Assembly (NCBI RefSeq): GCF_001194135.2
Contig: NC_068981.1
Span: 133,055,251 to 133,111,332 of the forward strand
Source of the DNA: Octopus bimaculoides
Taxonomy: Eukaryota
DNA: 56,082 nucleotides
Direction: 5' to 3'
Below the pieces are notes generated by a model that saw nothing but the letters and a program-made list of their open reading frames with translations, searched no databases and was not told the DNA's origin. The first letter of the stretch is position 1. Each line of letters begins with the position of its first letter. Of this stretch, positions 10,964-24,330 are shown in pieces. The translations under genes and the position numbers were made by a program.

Positions 10964-12090
10964 CATATATGTATGGCGGGGGTCTCTTATAAAGATATAA
11001 NNNNNNNNNNNNNNNNNNNNNNNNNNNNNNNNNNNNNNNNNNNNNNNNNNNNNNNNNNNNNNNNNNNNNNNNNNNNNNNNNNNNNNNNNNNNNNNNNNNN
11101 NNNNNNNNNNNNNNNNNNNNNNNNNNNNNNNNNNNNNNNNNNNNNNNNNNNNNNNNNNNNNNNNNNNNNNNNNNNNNNNNNNNNNNNNNNNNNNNNNNNN
11201 NNNNNNNNNNNNNNNNNNNNNNNNNNNNNNNNNNNNNNNNNNNNNNNNNNNNNNNNNNNNNNNNNNNNNNNNNNNNNNNNNNNNNNNNNNNNNNNNNNNN
11301 NNNNNNNNNNNNNNNNNNNNNNNNNNNNNNNNNNNNNNNNNNNNNNNNNNNNNNNNNNNNNNNNNNNNNNNNNNNNNNNNNNNNNNNNNNNNNNNNNNNN
11401 NNNNNNNNNNNNNNNNNNNNNNNNNNNNNNNNNNNNNNNNNNNNNNNNNNNNNNNNNNNNNNNNNNNNNNNNNNNNNNNNNNNNNNNNNNNNNNNNNNNN
11501 NNNNNNNNNNNNNNNNNNNNNNNNNNNNNNNNNNNNNNNNNNNNNNNNNNNNNNNNNNNNNNNNNNNNNNNNNNNNNNNNNNNNNNNNNNNNNNNNNNNN
11601 NNNNNNNNNNNNNNNNNNNNNNNNNNNNNNNNNNNNNNNNNNNNNNNNNNNNNNNNNNNNNNNNNNNNNNNNNNNNNNNNNNNNNNNNNNNNNNNNNNNN
11701 NNNNNNNNNNNNNNNNNNNNNNNNNNNNNNNNNNNNNNNNNNNNNNNNNNNNNNNNNNNNNNNNNNNNNNNNNNNNNNNNNNNNNNNNNNNNNNNNNNNN
11801 NNNNNNNNNNNNNNNNNNNNNNNNNNNNNNNNNNNNNNNNNNNNNNNNNNNNNNNNNNNNCATGCATATATATTAAGTGAAACTCAAGGTTATAAATGCA
11901 CGTAAACTCACGAACACATGCATAGAAGCAGCAAGTAAACACACGCACATTCACGCAAATATATATGTATCCGTGTTTATGTATATATGTATATGCATAT
12001 ATGTATACATACATACATGTGTGCGCGTGTATGTATGTCTGTGAATGTATACATTTATTATGCATGTGTATAAATATATATATTACACAT

Positions 12091-12132
<42 letters not shown>

Positions 12133-12236
12133 GCAATATATATACATATACATATATATATATAATATATATATAAATATATACATATATATATGTGTAA
12201 TATATACAATATGTATGCACATAATATATGTATGTT

Positions 12237-12277
<41 letters not shown>

Positions 12278-13136
12278 GCATGCATATATATATATATACA
12301 TGCACACATACACACAAATAGATGTCATTATACATCAATATACTATTACAGTAAAACACACACTAGGAGAAGAGGCCACAAAGGTGAGAAAGAGAGAGCA
12401 ATGACAAATTGTTTCTCATTCATAAAGCATGTTTACCTAATATATTCGATTCGATCATTTGTCAATAGGTTATTGAACAGACAATTGCTGCTGCCAATAA
12501 TGTTAAACTGTGAGGCTATGAAATTGAAATTCGTCAGAAGAGAATCTAAAGCAGAGACTAGCAATCGATTCTCTAAGCACTCTTAATATCTCGATCAGTG
12601 CTTTATACTGGAAGTTAATTAAACACATCCCTTTGGAAGCATTGATTTGAAATATATAACAAACCTAAGGAAAAAAAAAAAAGAAAAAATGAAAAATGAA
12701 TCGATTCACGTCAATATTTGAAATTCAGTTCATTGTGGAAGAGAACACAACTGTGACATTTTATTGAACAGCAAAACAAACTTATCGTAAATCACAACCA
12801 GTAACAATGGGATCAGAATTGACCATAGAACGGAAAAGTATTCGTTGTTTCTGTCCTTCATACCAAACGATCGGCTACAATAGGCTTCCTTTCCGTACTA
12901 ATTTTTATTTTCTATCAAATTATCTCTACTGAGTTACTCAGAATAGCGAAAGCAGTTGTGTAGTCGTTAAGTTCATCACAGAAATATCGAGCTTGTCTGT
13001 AACATAATTTCTAGTCCTCGTTGCTGATCCTTTGAATCACATGTGCCACTAACAAGAAAAGAATAAACTCTTTCAATTAGGAAAAACAAAAAACAAAAAC
13101 AAAAACTGTACGTCGCAATTGCAATTTTCTGTCGTG

Positions 13137-13507
13137 TTATTACCTCCGCCTTAGCGAAGGCGGAGGTATTGTTTTCCTTAGTGCTTGTTTGTTTGTCCGT
13201 GGACAAGATATCTCAAGAGCTGCTGGATAGATTCGAATGAAACTTTTCAGGGATGTTTGACCTCGTGACTAGCACAAAATGATTAGATTTTGGGGTCGAT
13301 CCGGTGCCGGACAAGGATTCTGGATTATTTTTCCTGGTTTTTTTACTTAATTTTTGAGAGTGGTTTGGTTCATTTTTAGTATTCTCGTTTGTTAGAGCAG
13401 TCGAGTTTATTTCAGATATTCTCATTTTAAAAATCATCTCTGGCTAATCGTTGAGAGGATGTTGGTGTTGTCTTGGTGGAGGTTTGCGCTCTCCGAGTGC
13501 TCTTGTT
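13137..13507 (+). mobile_element. Non-autonomous Helentron-type (HINE/DINE-1-like) element
   Basis: 5' perfect 12-bp hairpin TACCTCCGCCTT-AGCG-AAGGCGGAGGTA (13141-13168), short (GTTT/GTCC) tract, 3' subterminal inverted copy CTTGGTGGAGGT and terminal stem-loop GCGCTC-TCC-GAGTGC. Confidence 0.7.
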
Positions 13508-14556
13508 ACTGTTGCTATCGTTGTTGTTGTTTGACTGCCCCTCCCCACCCCACCCCACCCCGGTCCGGACCCGATTTATTGGACCAATTATAGAACAATT
13601 TTAATCATAGAATGTCAGAAAATACACTGTCAAATGTCCCCTTGCTTTGTAAGATTTGTGTGTATGTGTGATTATTTGAGGGTAAGTTGCCTGATATTTC
13701 TTACACAGAAACAAGTACACATATACACACCATCAAATATACAGACATATAAGTAAATAAATACATACATATGGTATGTATTTATTGTACAAATACAAGT
13801 AGATAAATACATGCACATATATAAAGGTTTGCTTTACAACCGTTTGGTTCCAGTTTAGAGTCCACTGGGTGGCACATTGGGCTGCTGTCATCTCGCGTAA
13901 CTTCCGATTGATGTCAATGTATTGTTAACGCAATTTAGTATGCAGAAAGTATGTGGAAAGCCACTGTGTGTGTGTGTGTGTGTGTGCGGTGTGTGTTTGC
14001 GCGGTGTATGTGTGTGCGCGTGTGCGCGCGCGCGTGTGTGTGTGTGTGCATGTGTGTGTGTCGCGGTATTGACCAGGCTTTCGGATGTTGTTGTACTTCG
14101 CTGGTTACAATGCGCTTCGCATCGCCTTAGCTTTCGAATGATACCACCCTGCTGGCCAGGCGGATGGCTGTTATTCTGCTGGGTTACATATTTACAGCTG
14201 AGTAAAGAACACAACACGCCAGAGATCGTGAGCACAACACCTTAAACACTAGGCCACACGCATTCACAGACATACACTCACACACTTACACATGCACACT
14301 CACACATACACACATACACTCTTAGACAGACACATAAATGTATGTATATGTATGATTTTTCTTTGAGTTTAATTTAAGTTCTTTTTGAGAGAATTCAAGC
14401 CGGTTGCTAACAAAGCGCCAAGACATTTTGAGTTCAGAGAGTTCCCGGTGTTTATAAATATGCGTTTGTGTTGGTGTGTTTGTTGAACTGACGATGCATA
14501 CACCCAAGTGTGTGCATCTATTCACATAATAATCTCACATGCAGAATTTCTGGAAT

Positions 14557-14609
14557 TATGTATGTATGTATGTATGTATGTATGTATGTATGTATGTATG
14601 TATGTATGC

Positions 14610-14642
<33 letters not shown>

Positions 14643-14665
14643 TGTATGTATGTATGTATGTATGT
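14557..14665. repeat. (TATG)n microsatellite
   Basis: Directly visible. Confidence 0.97.
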
Positions 14666-14932
14666 CATTATTCAGTTTTATTTCAAGATTTCTTTCCAAT
14701 AGAGCAAGAGCCAGTTTCTAACCTAGGTGCAAGGATCCTTCATTGGAATTTCAACATCAACAGTAGGGTATTTTTGTATGTATGTATGTATGTATGTATG
14801 TATGTATGTATGCATGCATGCATGCATACATGTATATGTACAGACTTGTATGTTTTGTTTTATGTATGTCTTCTCATGCACATACTTGCATATCTAATCA
14901 TGCTCATGTATACTTAAATGATAAATTTCTGT
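14664..14932 (-). mobile_element. 3' UTR-only fragment of the CATA-associated R4-type LINE
   Basis: Homologous to 16190-16535 (reverse complement) and 46500-46730; (TATG)n on both sides. Confidence 0.8.
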
Positions 14933-15229
14933 TATGTATGAATGAATGTATGTATGTATGTATGCATGCATGCATGTATGTATGTGTGTGTGCGTATGTG
15001 TGTGTGTGTGTGCTTGTGTGTGTAAATACTCGTCAAAAATAGTTGGGTGAGAGCATCACGTTTAAAGGTAGAAAACTCAGTAATATAGATCCGGTACAGT
15101 TGTTGATTTAAATGACAGGATTTACAAGACTAGTCGTGTTTCTTTCATTATAGAATTCATTTAAGTGCATAAGTTCACAGATGAATGAAACAGGATTATT
15201 CTTATTTAAATATATATAGTGACAGTCGC

Positions 15230-15500
15230 CCTTAGAAGTATCTCTGTTTTTGATAAACGAGGTGAAATTTGAACTCAGAATGTACAGAGTCGGAACAAAT
15301 ACCGCAAGCAAGCTTGTACGACTTTCTAACAATCCTATCAGCCTAGCGCTCCGGACTGCCTCTTGTTTTTTCCTGACCCGAAAGGATGGAAGAAAACATT
15401 TGACCTAGGCAGGATTTGAACGAAAAACGCAAAGTATCGGAACAAATATTGCGAAACATTTTACCCAACGCTCAAATGACTCGATCAAATTTGCTGCCTC
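15230..15500 (-). mobile_element. Two tandem, strongly diverged S2-type SINE fragments
   Basis: aatttgaactcagaatgtacagagtcggaac and gacccgaaaggatggaa...gacctaggcaggatttgaac match S2. Confidence 0.6.
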
Positions 15501-15608
15501 AGACCAGGACACATTTGTTATTAGTGTGGGTTTATCGAATATTTAATATGGTTAACAGAATTTAGAGTGTGAGATATTAGCTGATAATTAAGCCTTAGAC
15601 GATTTGTG

Positions 15609-15609
<1 letters not shown>

Positions 15610-15650
<41 letters not shown>

Positions 15651-15771
15651 ACACACACACACACACATACATACATACACACACACGCACACGCACACAC
15701 ACGCACACGCACACACACNNNNNNNNNNNNNNNNNNNNNNNNNNNNNNNNNNNNNNNNNNNNNNNNNNNNN

Positions 15772-15813
<42 letters not shown>

Positions 15814-15999
15814 TCATGCATGCATCCATTCATACATTCATGCATCCATTCATACATACATTCATACATATATTCATGCGTATATACGTACATACATATA
15901 TTCATACATACATACATACATACATACATACATAATACATACATACATACATACATACATACATACATACTTACATACATACATACATACATACATACA
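15610..15999. repeat. (CA)n / gap / (TA)n / (CATA)n microsatellite complex
   Basis: Directly visible. Confidence 0.95.
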
Positions 16000-16535
<536 letters not shown>

Positions 16536-16999
16536 ACATATATACACACAAACGTACAAAAATACATACATGTATCAGTTTTTAATATCCCAAACCTGCC
16601 CGTATGGGAACGTGTATATTTTTGCACAGCATTTGGAAAGACTTGGTGAAAATTCGAAGTCACAACCAGATTTTTAAAAACTATATATTTCACATTTCTT
16701 CACGCGTTGAGTTCTTTATTCATCAAGTAAATCTTTCCAAAATGCTGTGCAAAAATATATGCGTGTCCTTACGTACATGTTTGGAATAATAAAGTTTGAG
16801 TGAAAATTAAGTATTTATGCTTTACTCCGTTGACATTGAAATGTTTTGCATAAATGTATGTACGTATGTATGTATATTCACCTTCCCCCACACGTATGTA
16901 TATGTGTATATTACATGCTCAGTCATGGTTACTTTTTTCTAACATATAAAAAAGCATGTATATCACTCTTTGTCTGTAAGTCTCTGTCTGTCTGTGTGT

Positions 17000-17037
<38 letters not shown>

Positions 17038-17049
17038 ATATATATTTTT

Positions 17050-17545
<496 letters not shown>

Positions 17546-18192
17546 CGTCACTTAAAAATACGTGTGCGTATGCATTTTTAACGCTTATAATGCTTATGAT
17601 ATCTATAATATGTCATATATTGAACAGAAGCCTACTCTGTATATCCCTATTGATTTTTCATTATATTTAATCGATATTTGCTCTCCACCTATCATACCAA
17701 TCACTTCAATCTTTACTTTCCTTAACTGTTCAAACACGCGTACATCATGTTTTGCTTGTTTTCAGAATGATTTGAAAAGTTTTTAAGGAAACTTCGAAGT
17801 TACGACCTTCTTAAAAATTAAATATCCCAGCCTGACTTATACTTTCACTCCCATTATGTTTATCTATGTAAAAAACAAAACAAAAAAAATTAATATCTCT
17901 CTCTTTATCTAAATGCATACACGCACACACGCTCACACAAACACATATGTAGATATGCATATAGGCACATCTATATCAGTGTGTTTGAGCTTGTGCATGC
18001 GTACGTAGACACACACACGCACACGCACACAAACACACACATTCATACCAGCACATATGATATCAATAGTATAGATACGTTTATGATACATATACATATA
18101 GTCACACACACACACACAAATATATATATATATATATATACACATATATATATGTGTATATGTATATATATATACATATATATATATATATG

Positions 18193-18243
<51 letters not shown>

Positions 18244-18276
18244 ATATATATAAATATATATATGCATATATATGTA

Positions 18277-18318
<42 letters not shown>

Positions 18319-18321
18319 GTT

Positions 18322-18535
18322 AATCCCTCCAAAAAGAAGGTAAATACAAGAACAAAAAACAACAACGCGAGGACGTGGTACATGCAAAGTATTAACAGAC
18401 GCTCAAGGAAGGAAAGAAAATTAGTTTTACGTTTCGAGCAAAGCTCTTCGTCAGAAACGGGAGACAGAGGAAAGTCTAAGAGAAACGGAAGGCGGAGGAA
18501 AAAATCGCCAACAATCCACATGTAGTTACATTTTG
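18322..18535 (-). mobile_element. Penelope-type terminal-repeat element, family A, carrying a hammerhead motif
   Basis: Roughly 85% identical by eye to 36005-36210; homologous to family B downstream of the ribozyme (ccttcc..gagcgt...taatac). Confidence 0.75.
18424..18458 (-). ncRNA. Minimal type I hammerhead ribozyme motif, canonical core
   Basis: Minus strand GTTT-CTGACGA-A-GAGC-TTT-GCTC-GAAAC-GTA-AAAC: stem I GUUU/AAAC, core CUGANGA, stem II GAGC/GCUC, GAAA, palindromic loopless stem III (ACGU), NUH triplet GUA. Confidence 0.8.
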
Positions 18536-19002
18536 AAATGTATACATACATACAAACACACACACACATATATACATACATACATACATACATACATGCA
18601 TGCATGTATACATACATACATACATACATACATACATACATGCATACATATATACATACACACATACATGCATATGAATATATATTTATTTAAAAAAGTT
18701 TACATCCCCATTAACCTGACAAGGTATAAAATAGCATGGACGGCTTAATATGGAATTCGTTAAAAGGCTGTCAATTTTGCATTTAAATAGACATGCGTAA
18801 ATGAAGTTATCCGACCCTTACACGTTTTTTTGCGCTAAAGCCTAAAACCTAAAGCCTAACCGTAAATGAATCTATTTATCTATATACGTATGTATATACA
18901 TACATACATGCATACGTATATATTTATTTGTATGTATATATATACATACATACACATATAAATCTCCTTCTCTCACTCTCTCTCTCTCTCTCTCCCTCCC
19001 TC

Positions 19003-19050
<48 letters not shown>

Positions 19051-19275
19051 TACACATAATTTTTTTATATACATGTATGCACACACATAGCATATATATC
19101 ACAATATTATTAGTAGTTAATAATTGTTTGCCGGGGGAAAACTGAAGTAGTCAATACTTGTATTATGCATACATACACGCATACATACACGCACACAGGT
19201 GCACGCACGTGTATACACACACACACACACACGTACACACACATATATGTATACATATATACATATATATATATG

Positions 19276-19511
19276 TTGAGGGTGATAAATTGAATATTAA
19301 TTTAATTAACATCAATTTAAAACCAGTGGCCTAGCATATAAAAAATATGATAATTCAGAAAAATTGTATTACATGCGTATAAGAAGGGATGACCACTAAG
19401 TGGACATCCGATATGCTAGAAAGAGGTCATCAACGACCCATGCTTTTATATGCTAGGCGACTAGTTTTAAGTTGATGTTAATTAAATTAATATTCAATTT
19501 ATCACCCTCAG
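19276..19511. mobile_element. MITE, about 236 bp, with 67-bp TIRs
   Basis: 19277-19343 versus the reverse complement of 19444-19510: 67 bp with 3 mismatches; TA-rich flanks. Confidence 0.88.
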
Positions 19512-19782
19512 TATATAAATATTAATTTAAATATTTATGTTCTCTAGCCGGCAACATATACTGCAGTGAATTATCCTCTGCAGAACTGTTTCCGGAATTT
19601 AACGCGCCAGAGCTGAGACATTTGAAAATAACCCCCAATGTAATCAGTAGAACTGTACGCACGTCAAATTTTATGAAGACAATTCGTGTGTANNNNNNNN
19701 NNNNNNNNNNNNNNNNNNNNNNNNNNNNNNNNNNNNNNNNNNNNNNNNNNNNNNNNNNNNNNNNNNNNNNNNTATATATATA

Positions 19783-20877
19783 TGGTGTTACGCAAGGCAC
19801 TGTTTTGGGACCAGTACTGTCCATAATGGCCTTTTCAGATATGCCCTAAGCCACGCAGAGAACCACGATCACAAGTTATGCAGATGATCCAAAAGTCTCA
19901 CAGGTGATACAGAACACTGAAGATACTAAACACCTGCAACGTGTGTTACATGAAATATACAAGTGGGCTGAGAAGAATAGCATGCATTTTAATGCTGAAA
20001 AGTTTCAAGCCTTCTGCTATAAGCATGCAAAACTAAATGCAATATGAATTGAATATACTGGACCTGGATGTATTGGAATCCCAGAGACACAATCAGTGCG
20101 AGACCTGGGCATTTACATGAGTAATGATGCATCCTTCCATGTGCATTTTGCTAAGTCGGCAATGAAATGCAGGCGGATGACCGGATGGATTCTTAGAACT
20201 TTAGAACGAGAGATCAGGAAACCGTGATGGACCTCTGGAGAACATTTGGCCTAAGCCGCTTTGGCTATTGCTCTCAGTTATGATCGGCAACCAGTGTAAA
20301 ATTAATCGCAGAACATGAGGCAAACCAACGAAGCTACACAAAGGAGATAGCCTCTATGCAGCATATAAGCTACCGAGAAAGACTCAAAAGATTGAAACTC
20401 TACTCCCTATAGAGTAGGCGGGAAACATATGCCATAATAGACATCTGGAAGATCCTAGAGGGACTTGTCCCAAACTTTGGCATCAGGAGTTACACAAATG
20501 CTAGAAGAGGGCGCCACTGCATAGTGCCAAAGACTTCAAATTTGCCATCAAGATATAGGACAAGATATTAAAACAGCCTGGGCTTTAAAGGCCCACAGCT
20601 CTTCAATATCTTCCCAAAGGACCTGAGAGACTTACGTGAGGTGGATGTAAGTGTCTTCAAAACAAAACTAGATCTCTTGCTGTTAAGAATCCCAGATGAA
20701 TCAACTTCACAGTAGGAAGTGCTATTGATGGCAGCGGCGTCAAACTCCCTCATGCACCAAATGCCAAGTTCTAAAAAGAATTAGTGAAGTAAAAATGATG
20801 TAGCAACACCAAATGGTGGTGCTCCAGCATGGCCACAGCCCATGAGCTGAAACTACTTCAATTCAATTTAATTCAAT
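19783..20877 (+). mobile_element. 5'-truncated CR1/L2-type LINE (RT C-terminal half plus 3' UTR), degenerate
   Basis: GVTQGTVLGPVL...SYADD...IYKWAEKNSMHFNAEKF...VRDLG...GWILRT...YRERLKRLKLYSL...IWKILEGLVPN...GPQLFN.FP...FKTKLD; tail of (TTCAA)-like repeats. Confidence 0.92.
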
Positions 20878-21273
20878 ATGTATATATATATATATATATA
20901 TATATNNNNNNNNNNNNNNNNNNNNNNNNNNNNNNNNNNNNNNNNNNNNNNNNNNNNNNNNNNNNNNNNNNNNNNNNNNNNNNNNNNNNNNNNNNNNNNN
21001 NNNNNNNNNNNNNNNNNNNNNNNNNNNNNNNNNNNNNNNNNNNNNNNNNNNNNNNNNNNNNNNNNNNNNNNNNNNNNNNNNNNNNNNNNNNNNNNNNNNN
21101 NNNNNNNNNNNNNNNNNNNNNNNNNNNNNNNNNNNNNNNNNNNNNNNNNNNNNNNNNNNNNNNNNNNNNNNNNNNNNNNNNNNNNNNNNNNNNNNNNNNN
21201 NNNNNNNNNNNNNNNNNNNNNNNNNNNNNNNNNNNNNNNNNNNNNNNNNNNNNNNNNNNNNNNNNNNNNNNNN

Positions 21274-21302
<29 letters not shown>

Positions 21303-21307
<5 letters not shown>

Positions 21308-21643
21308 GGGTGAACCCCTTTGGTCATGAATGACCATGGGATTGTGCCTAGAAAGTTACCCTCCGCGGTACAAGTGCAAGCGAGGTTGTTTATGGAAGGC
21401 CAGTAGTCGCCCATGCATACCAACCTTCCCCGTCCACGCCACCGATGTTATTCAAGGGAAAGGCAAAGGCCGATACAGCTTGGCACTAGTGACATCGCAA
21501 GTCATTTCTACAGCTGAGTGAACTGGAACAACGTGAAATAAAATGTCTTGGTGAAGAACACAACACGCAGCCTGGTTCAGGAATCAAACTCACAACCTCA
21601 CGATTTTAAGCTCGACGGTCTAACACTGAATCATGCACCTTCA
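21303..21643 (-). mobile_element. tRNA-derived SINE of a further family (CORE-like domain)
   Basis: Reverse-complement head GAAGGTGCATGATTCAGTGTTAG...GTGAGTTTGATTCCTG (A/B-box-like) followed by CTGCGTGTTGTGTTCTTCACCAAGACATTTTATTTCAC. Confidence 0.75.
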
Positions 21644-22589
21644 GAAACACATACGTCCACACATACGTCCACACATACACACATACATATATAGGTAAGC
21701 CATATTTATACCGTATATCTCACTTAAACTTTTAAGAGCGTCCTTAATTTTTAACTGAGGCATTATTTGTAATCATAGGGACTCAGATAGTGTTATTTGT
21801 TACGATTAATGACACTGGATATTACTACAAGGTATAACTCTCTCGACAAACACCGCTAGTCAACTGGTCAATTTCCCCCACTCTCTACTCTATTCATCTA
21901 CTTGAAGCAACTATTCACAGGCTTGCCATCTTTTAAGGACGCAAAAATGTAAGCCTAAAGACCTAACGAACCGTTTCCATTTTTCCTTTTTCTTTTCCTT
22001 TTTTCTGCTATCCATCTTCGATCTTCTGTCAATGTTTATCTGGTAAAATTCAAATCATTCCGATGATGTTTGTTACATGGAACGAGATAAACGCAAGTTT
22101 ACCTAAAAAATAACACACTGAAACAACTGCAAATCTTATCTTAACTATAATTAAACNNNNNNNNNNNNNNNNNNNNNNNNNNNNNNNNNNNNNNNNNNNN
22201 NNNNNNNNNNNNNNNNNNNNNNNNNNNNNNNNNNNNNNNNNNNNNNNNNNNNNNNNNNNNNNNNNNNNNNNNNNNNNNNNNNNNNNNNNNNNNNNNNNNN
22301 NNNNNNNNNNNNNNNNNNNNNNNNNNNNNNNNNNNNNNNNNNNNNNNNNNNNNNNNNNNNNNNNNNNNNNNNNNNNNNNNNNNNNNNNNNNNNNNNNNNN
22401 NNNNNNNNNNNNNNNNNNNNNNNNNNNNNNNNNNNNNNNNNNNNNNNNNNNNNNNNNNNNNNNNNNNNNNNNNNNNNNNNNNNNNNNNNNNNNNNNNNNN
22501 NNNNNNNNNNNNNNNNNNNNNNNNNNNNNNNNNNNNNNNNNNNNNNNNNNNNNNNNNNNNNNNNNNNNNNNNNNNNNNNNNNNNNNNNN

Positions 22590-22623
<34 letters not shown>

Positions 22624-22639
22624 GGTTGAAAATATGTAA

Positions 22640-24330
22640 AGAAAGATGGAGAAAAATGCCTTCGTTTCACATGTTTGTTTTTCTTAGCCTGATGAGCTGC
22701 GTAGCCTGGGCTGGAAGCTGACAGCACCAAGTTGCTGCTGGAGAAACTCACAGCATGTGGAATCCCAGGTGAGAGGCCTATCGCCACAGAAGAGGAAAAT
22801 TGTCAAACCATCCGGCCTTTTACCATCCCATCAGTCTAGTTCCACTGGCTAGAGCTGCAAAGGGGATCCTGTGGCATCTAGACCCTGCTTTATGATCTTG
22901 TAAAGGGTGGCATTGCGTGGAAGGCGGCCAATACTATGACGATAGCACTGTGGGTGGAGGCCAAAAGAATCCACCGTGGTTCTGCAGCGGCATTCATGAG
23001 GCTCACAAATCTAGAGAGCAAGCCCCAGCGAAACACTGATGCGCAGGCAGTCCCTATCAAGTTGAGTACCAGTTGCGAGTGATAGCCCAGCATTGAGCCA
23101 AGCTCCGGTGTGAGATTGGGTGGAGACATGCCAGACGGTGCTGATGAAGTCGGTGCTCTAGCTCGTCCGCGGTCATGCTACACTGGATGGTATTCTATTT
23201 AATTTTGAGAGGACCGGATATCCACAAAAGGGAGAAGGGGATGGAGGTCAACTGGCGGCAGGCCGACCTAGCTCCATGTCGCGTAGGCCGCCTCACGTTC
23301 ACCAATCACAGATAGTACAATTGTGCTGTAAAGAACCCTGTTAACGAGGACATGACAAGAGGTCACCGACGAGAGAAAAGCCGACAGGGCCAGTGAGACT
23401 GGAGATCGAAGGTCGGGTCCGCCATACTTGATGGGTAATGTTGCCTGATGCCATTCAGTGTCGTCAAACCGAACATTGCATATCTCTTCGGCGGCTCGTT
23501 GGATACAGGCATCAAGGTCTGTCAGGAGAGATACGTGGTTGTAGCAAGGGGCAACTCGGGGGTGGGGGTATACAAAATTTCGGTATGGCGAAGCAGTTCC
23601 TTAACAGGAACAATGCTGGGTGGGCGTCGATCACCTTCAGTCTGTCCGTAATTCTTTCTAGCAGGAGGAACTTATGCCTGGAGGTATAGACAACGGCAGG
23701 TGGGAAGATCGGTGAACCAAGGATAAGAACGTCCTCCTTTGAGGTCAGCTGTACCTGATGAAGTTGTAAACGTATATCCAAGATGGAGGCCACAAAGCCC
23801 TCTGCGTCGTAGTTAACGTTCACGACCTCTGACTTGGAGTGGTTTACCTCGAGGCCGATCCTCGCTAGAACGGGAACCACTTATTGGAGATCGTGATAGA
23901 CATTCTCTACTGGCCCACCTACTGTCGTATCGTCCAGGTACAAGACGTTGAAAAAGCCGTGATGCTCCGAGCAACGCTGTCCACCTCGAGAGCGAATAAG
24001 AGGTGGGACTCAAAGGATCATCCTGTTGAACGCCGGTCGAAGATGGCGTGAGCTTATCTGTGCTGAGGAGCGTGCTCAGAGTCCTGTACGACAGGTAAGC
24101 CAGCGAGTAAGCAGGTCTGTAGCAAGTGATCACGGCGCAGACAGTTGAAGGCGTTTTTCATGTCAAGATTGACAATGAGGTGTTTGGAGTCATTCAATGT
24201 TGGCTCAGGAGAAGAGTTACTGAAAACTGTCCCGCGGCATGGGCAGCTCCTTCGTACCCGCTGGCTACGCCTACTCGCAAGCTATACCACGCTGAGTTCC
24301 TCGTCAAGTTCGGATGAAATTGCAGAACGG
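22640..24330 (-). mobile_element. 5'-truncated CRE-clade non-LTR retrotransposon (RT plus RLE), degenerate
   Basis: QLGV...LIVNLDMKNAFNCLRRD, SSTGVQQDDPLSP, AWYLDDTT, IGLEVNHSKSE, LILGSPI, HPALFLLRNCFAIPK, GAWLNA, CRCRTTVDSFGLH, KRPDGLTIF...LTWDSTC. Visibly GC-richer than its flanks. Confidence 0.88.

Noticed and set aside
10850-12359. Long ORFs (up to 469 aa) containing X runs, and similar ORFs over every other gap
   Set aside because: They are open only because N codons are not stops.
19548-19692. Plus-strand acceptor plus open frame GNIYCSELSSAELFPEFNAPELRHLKITPN
   Set aside because: No good donor, runs into a gap, and no recognisable homology; cannot be supported as CDS.
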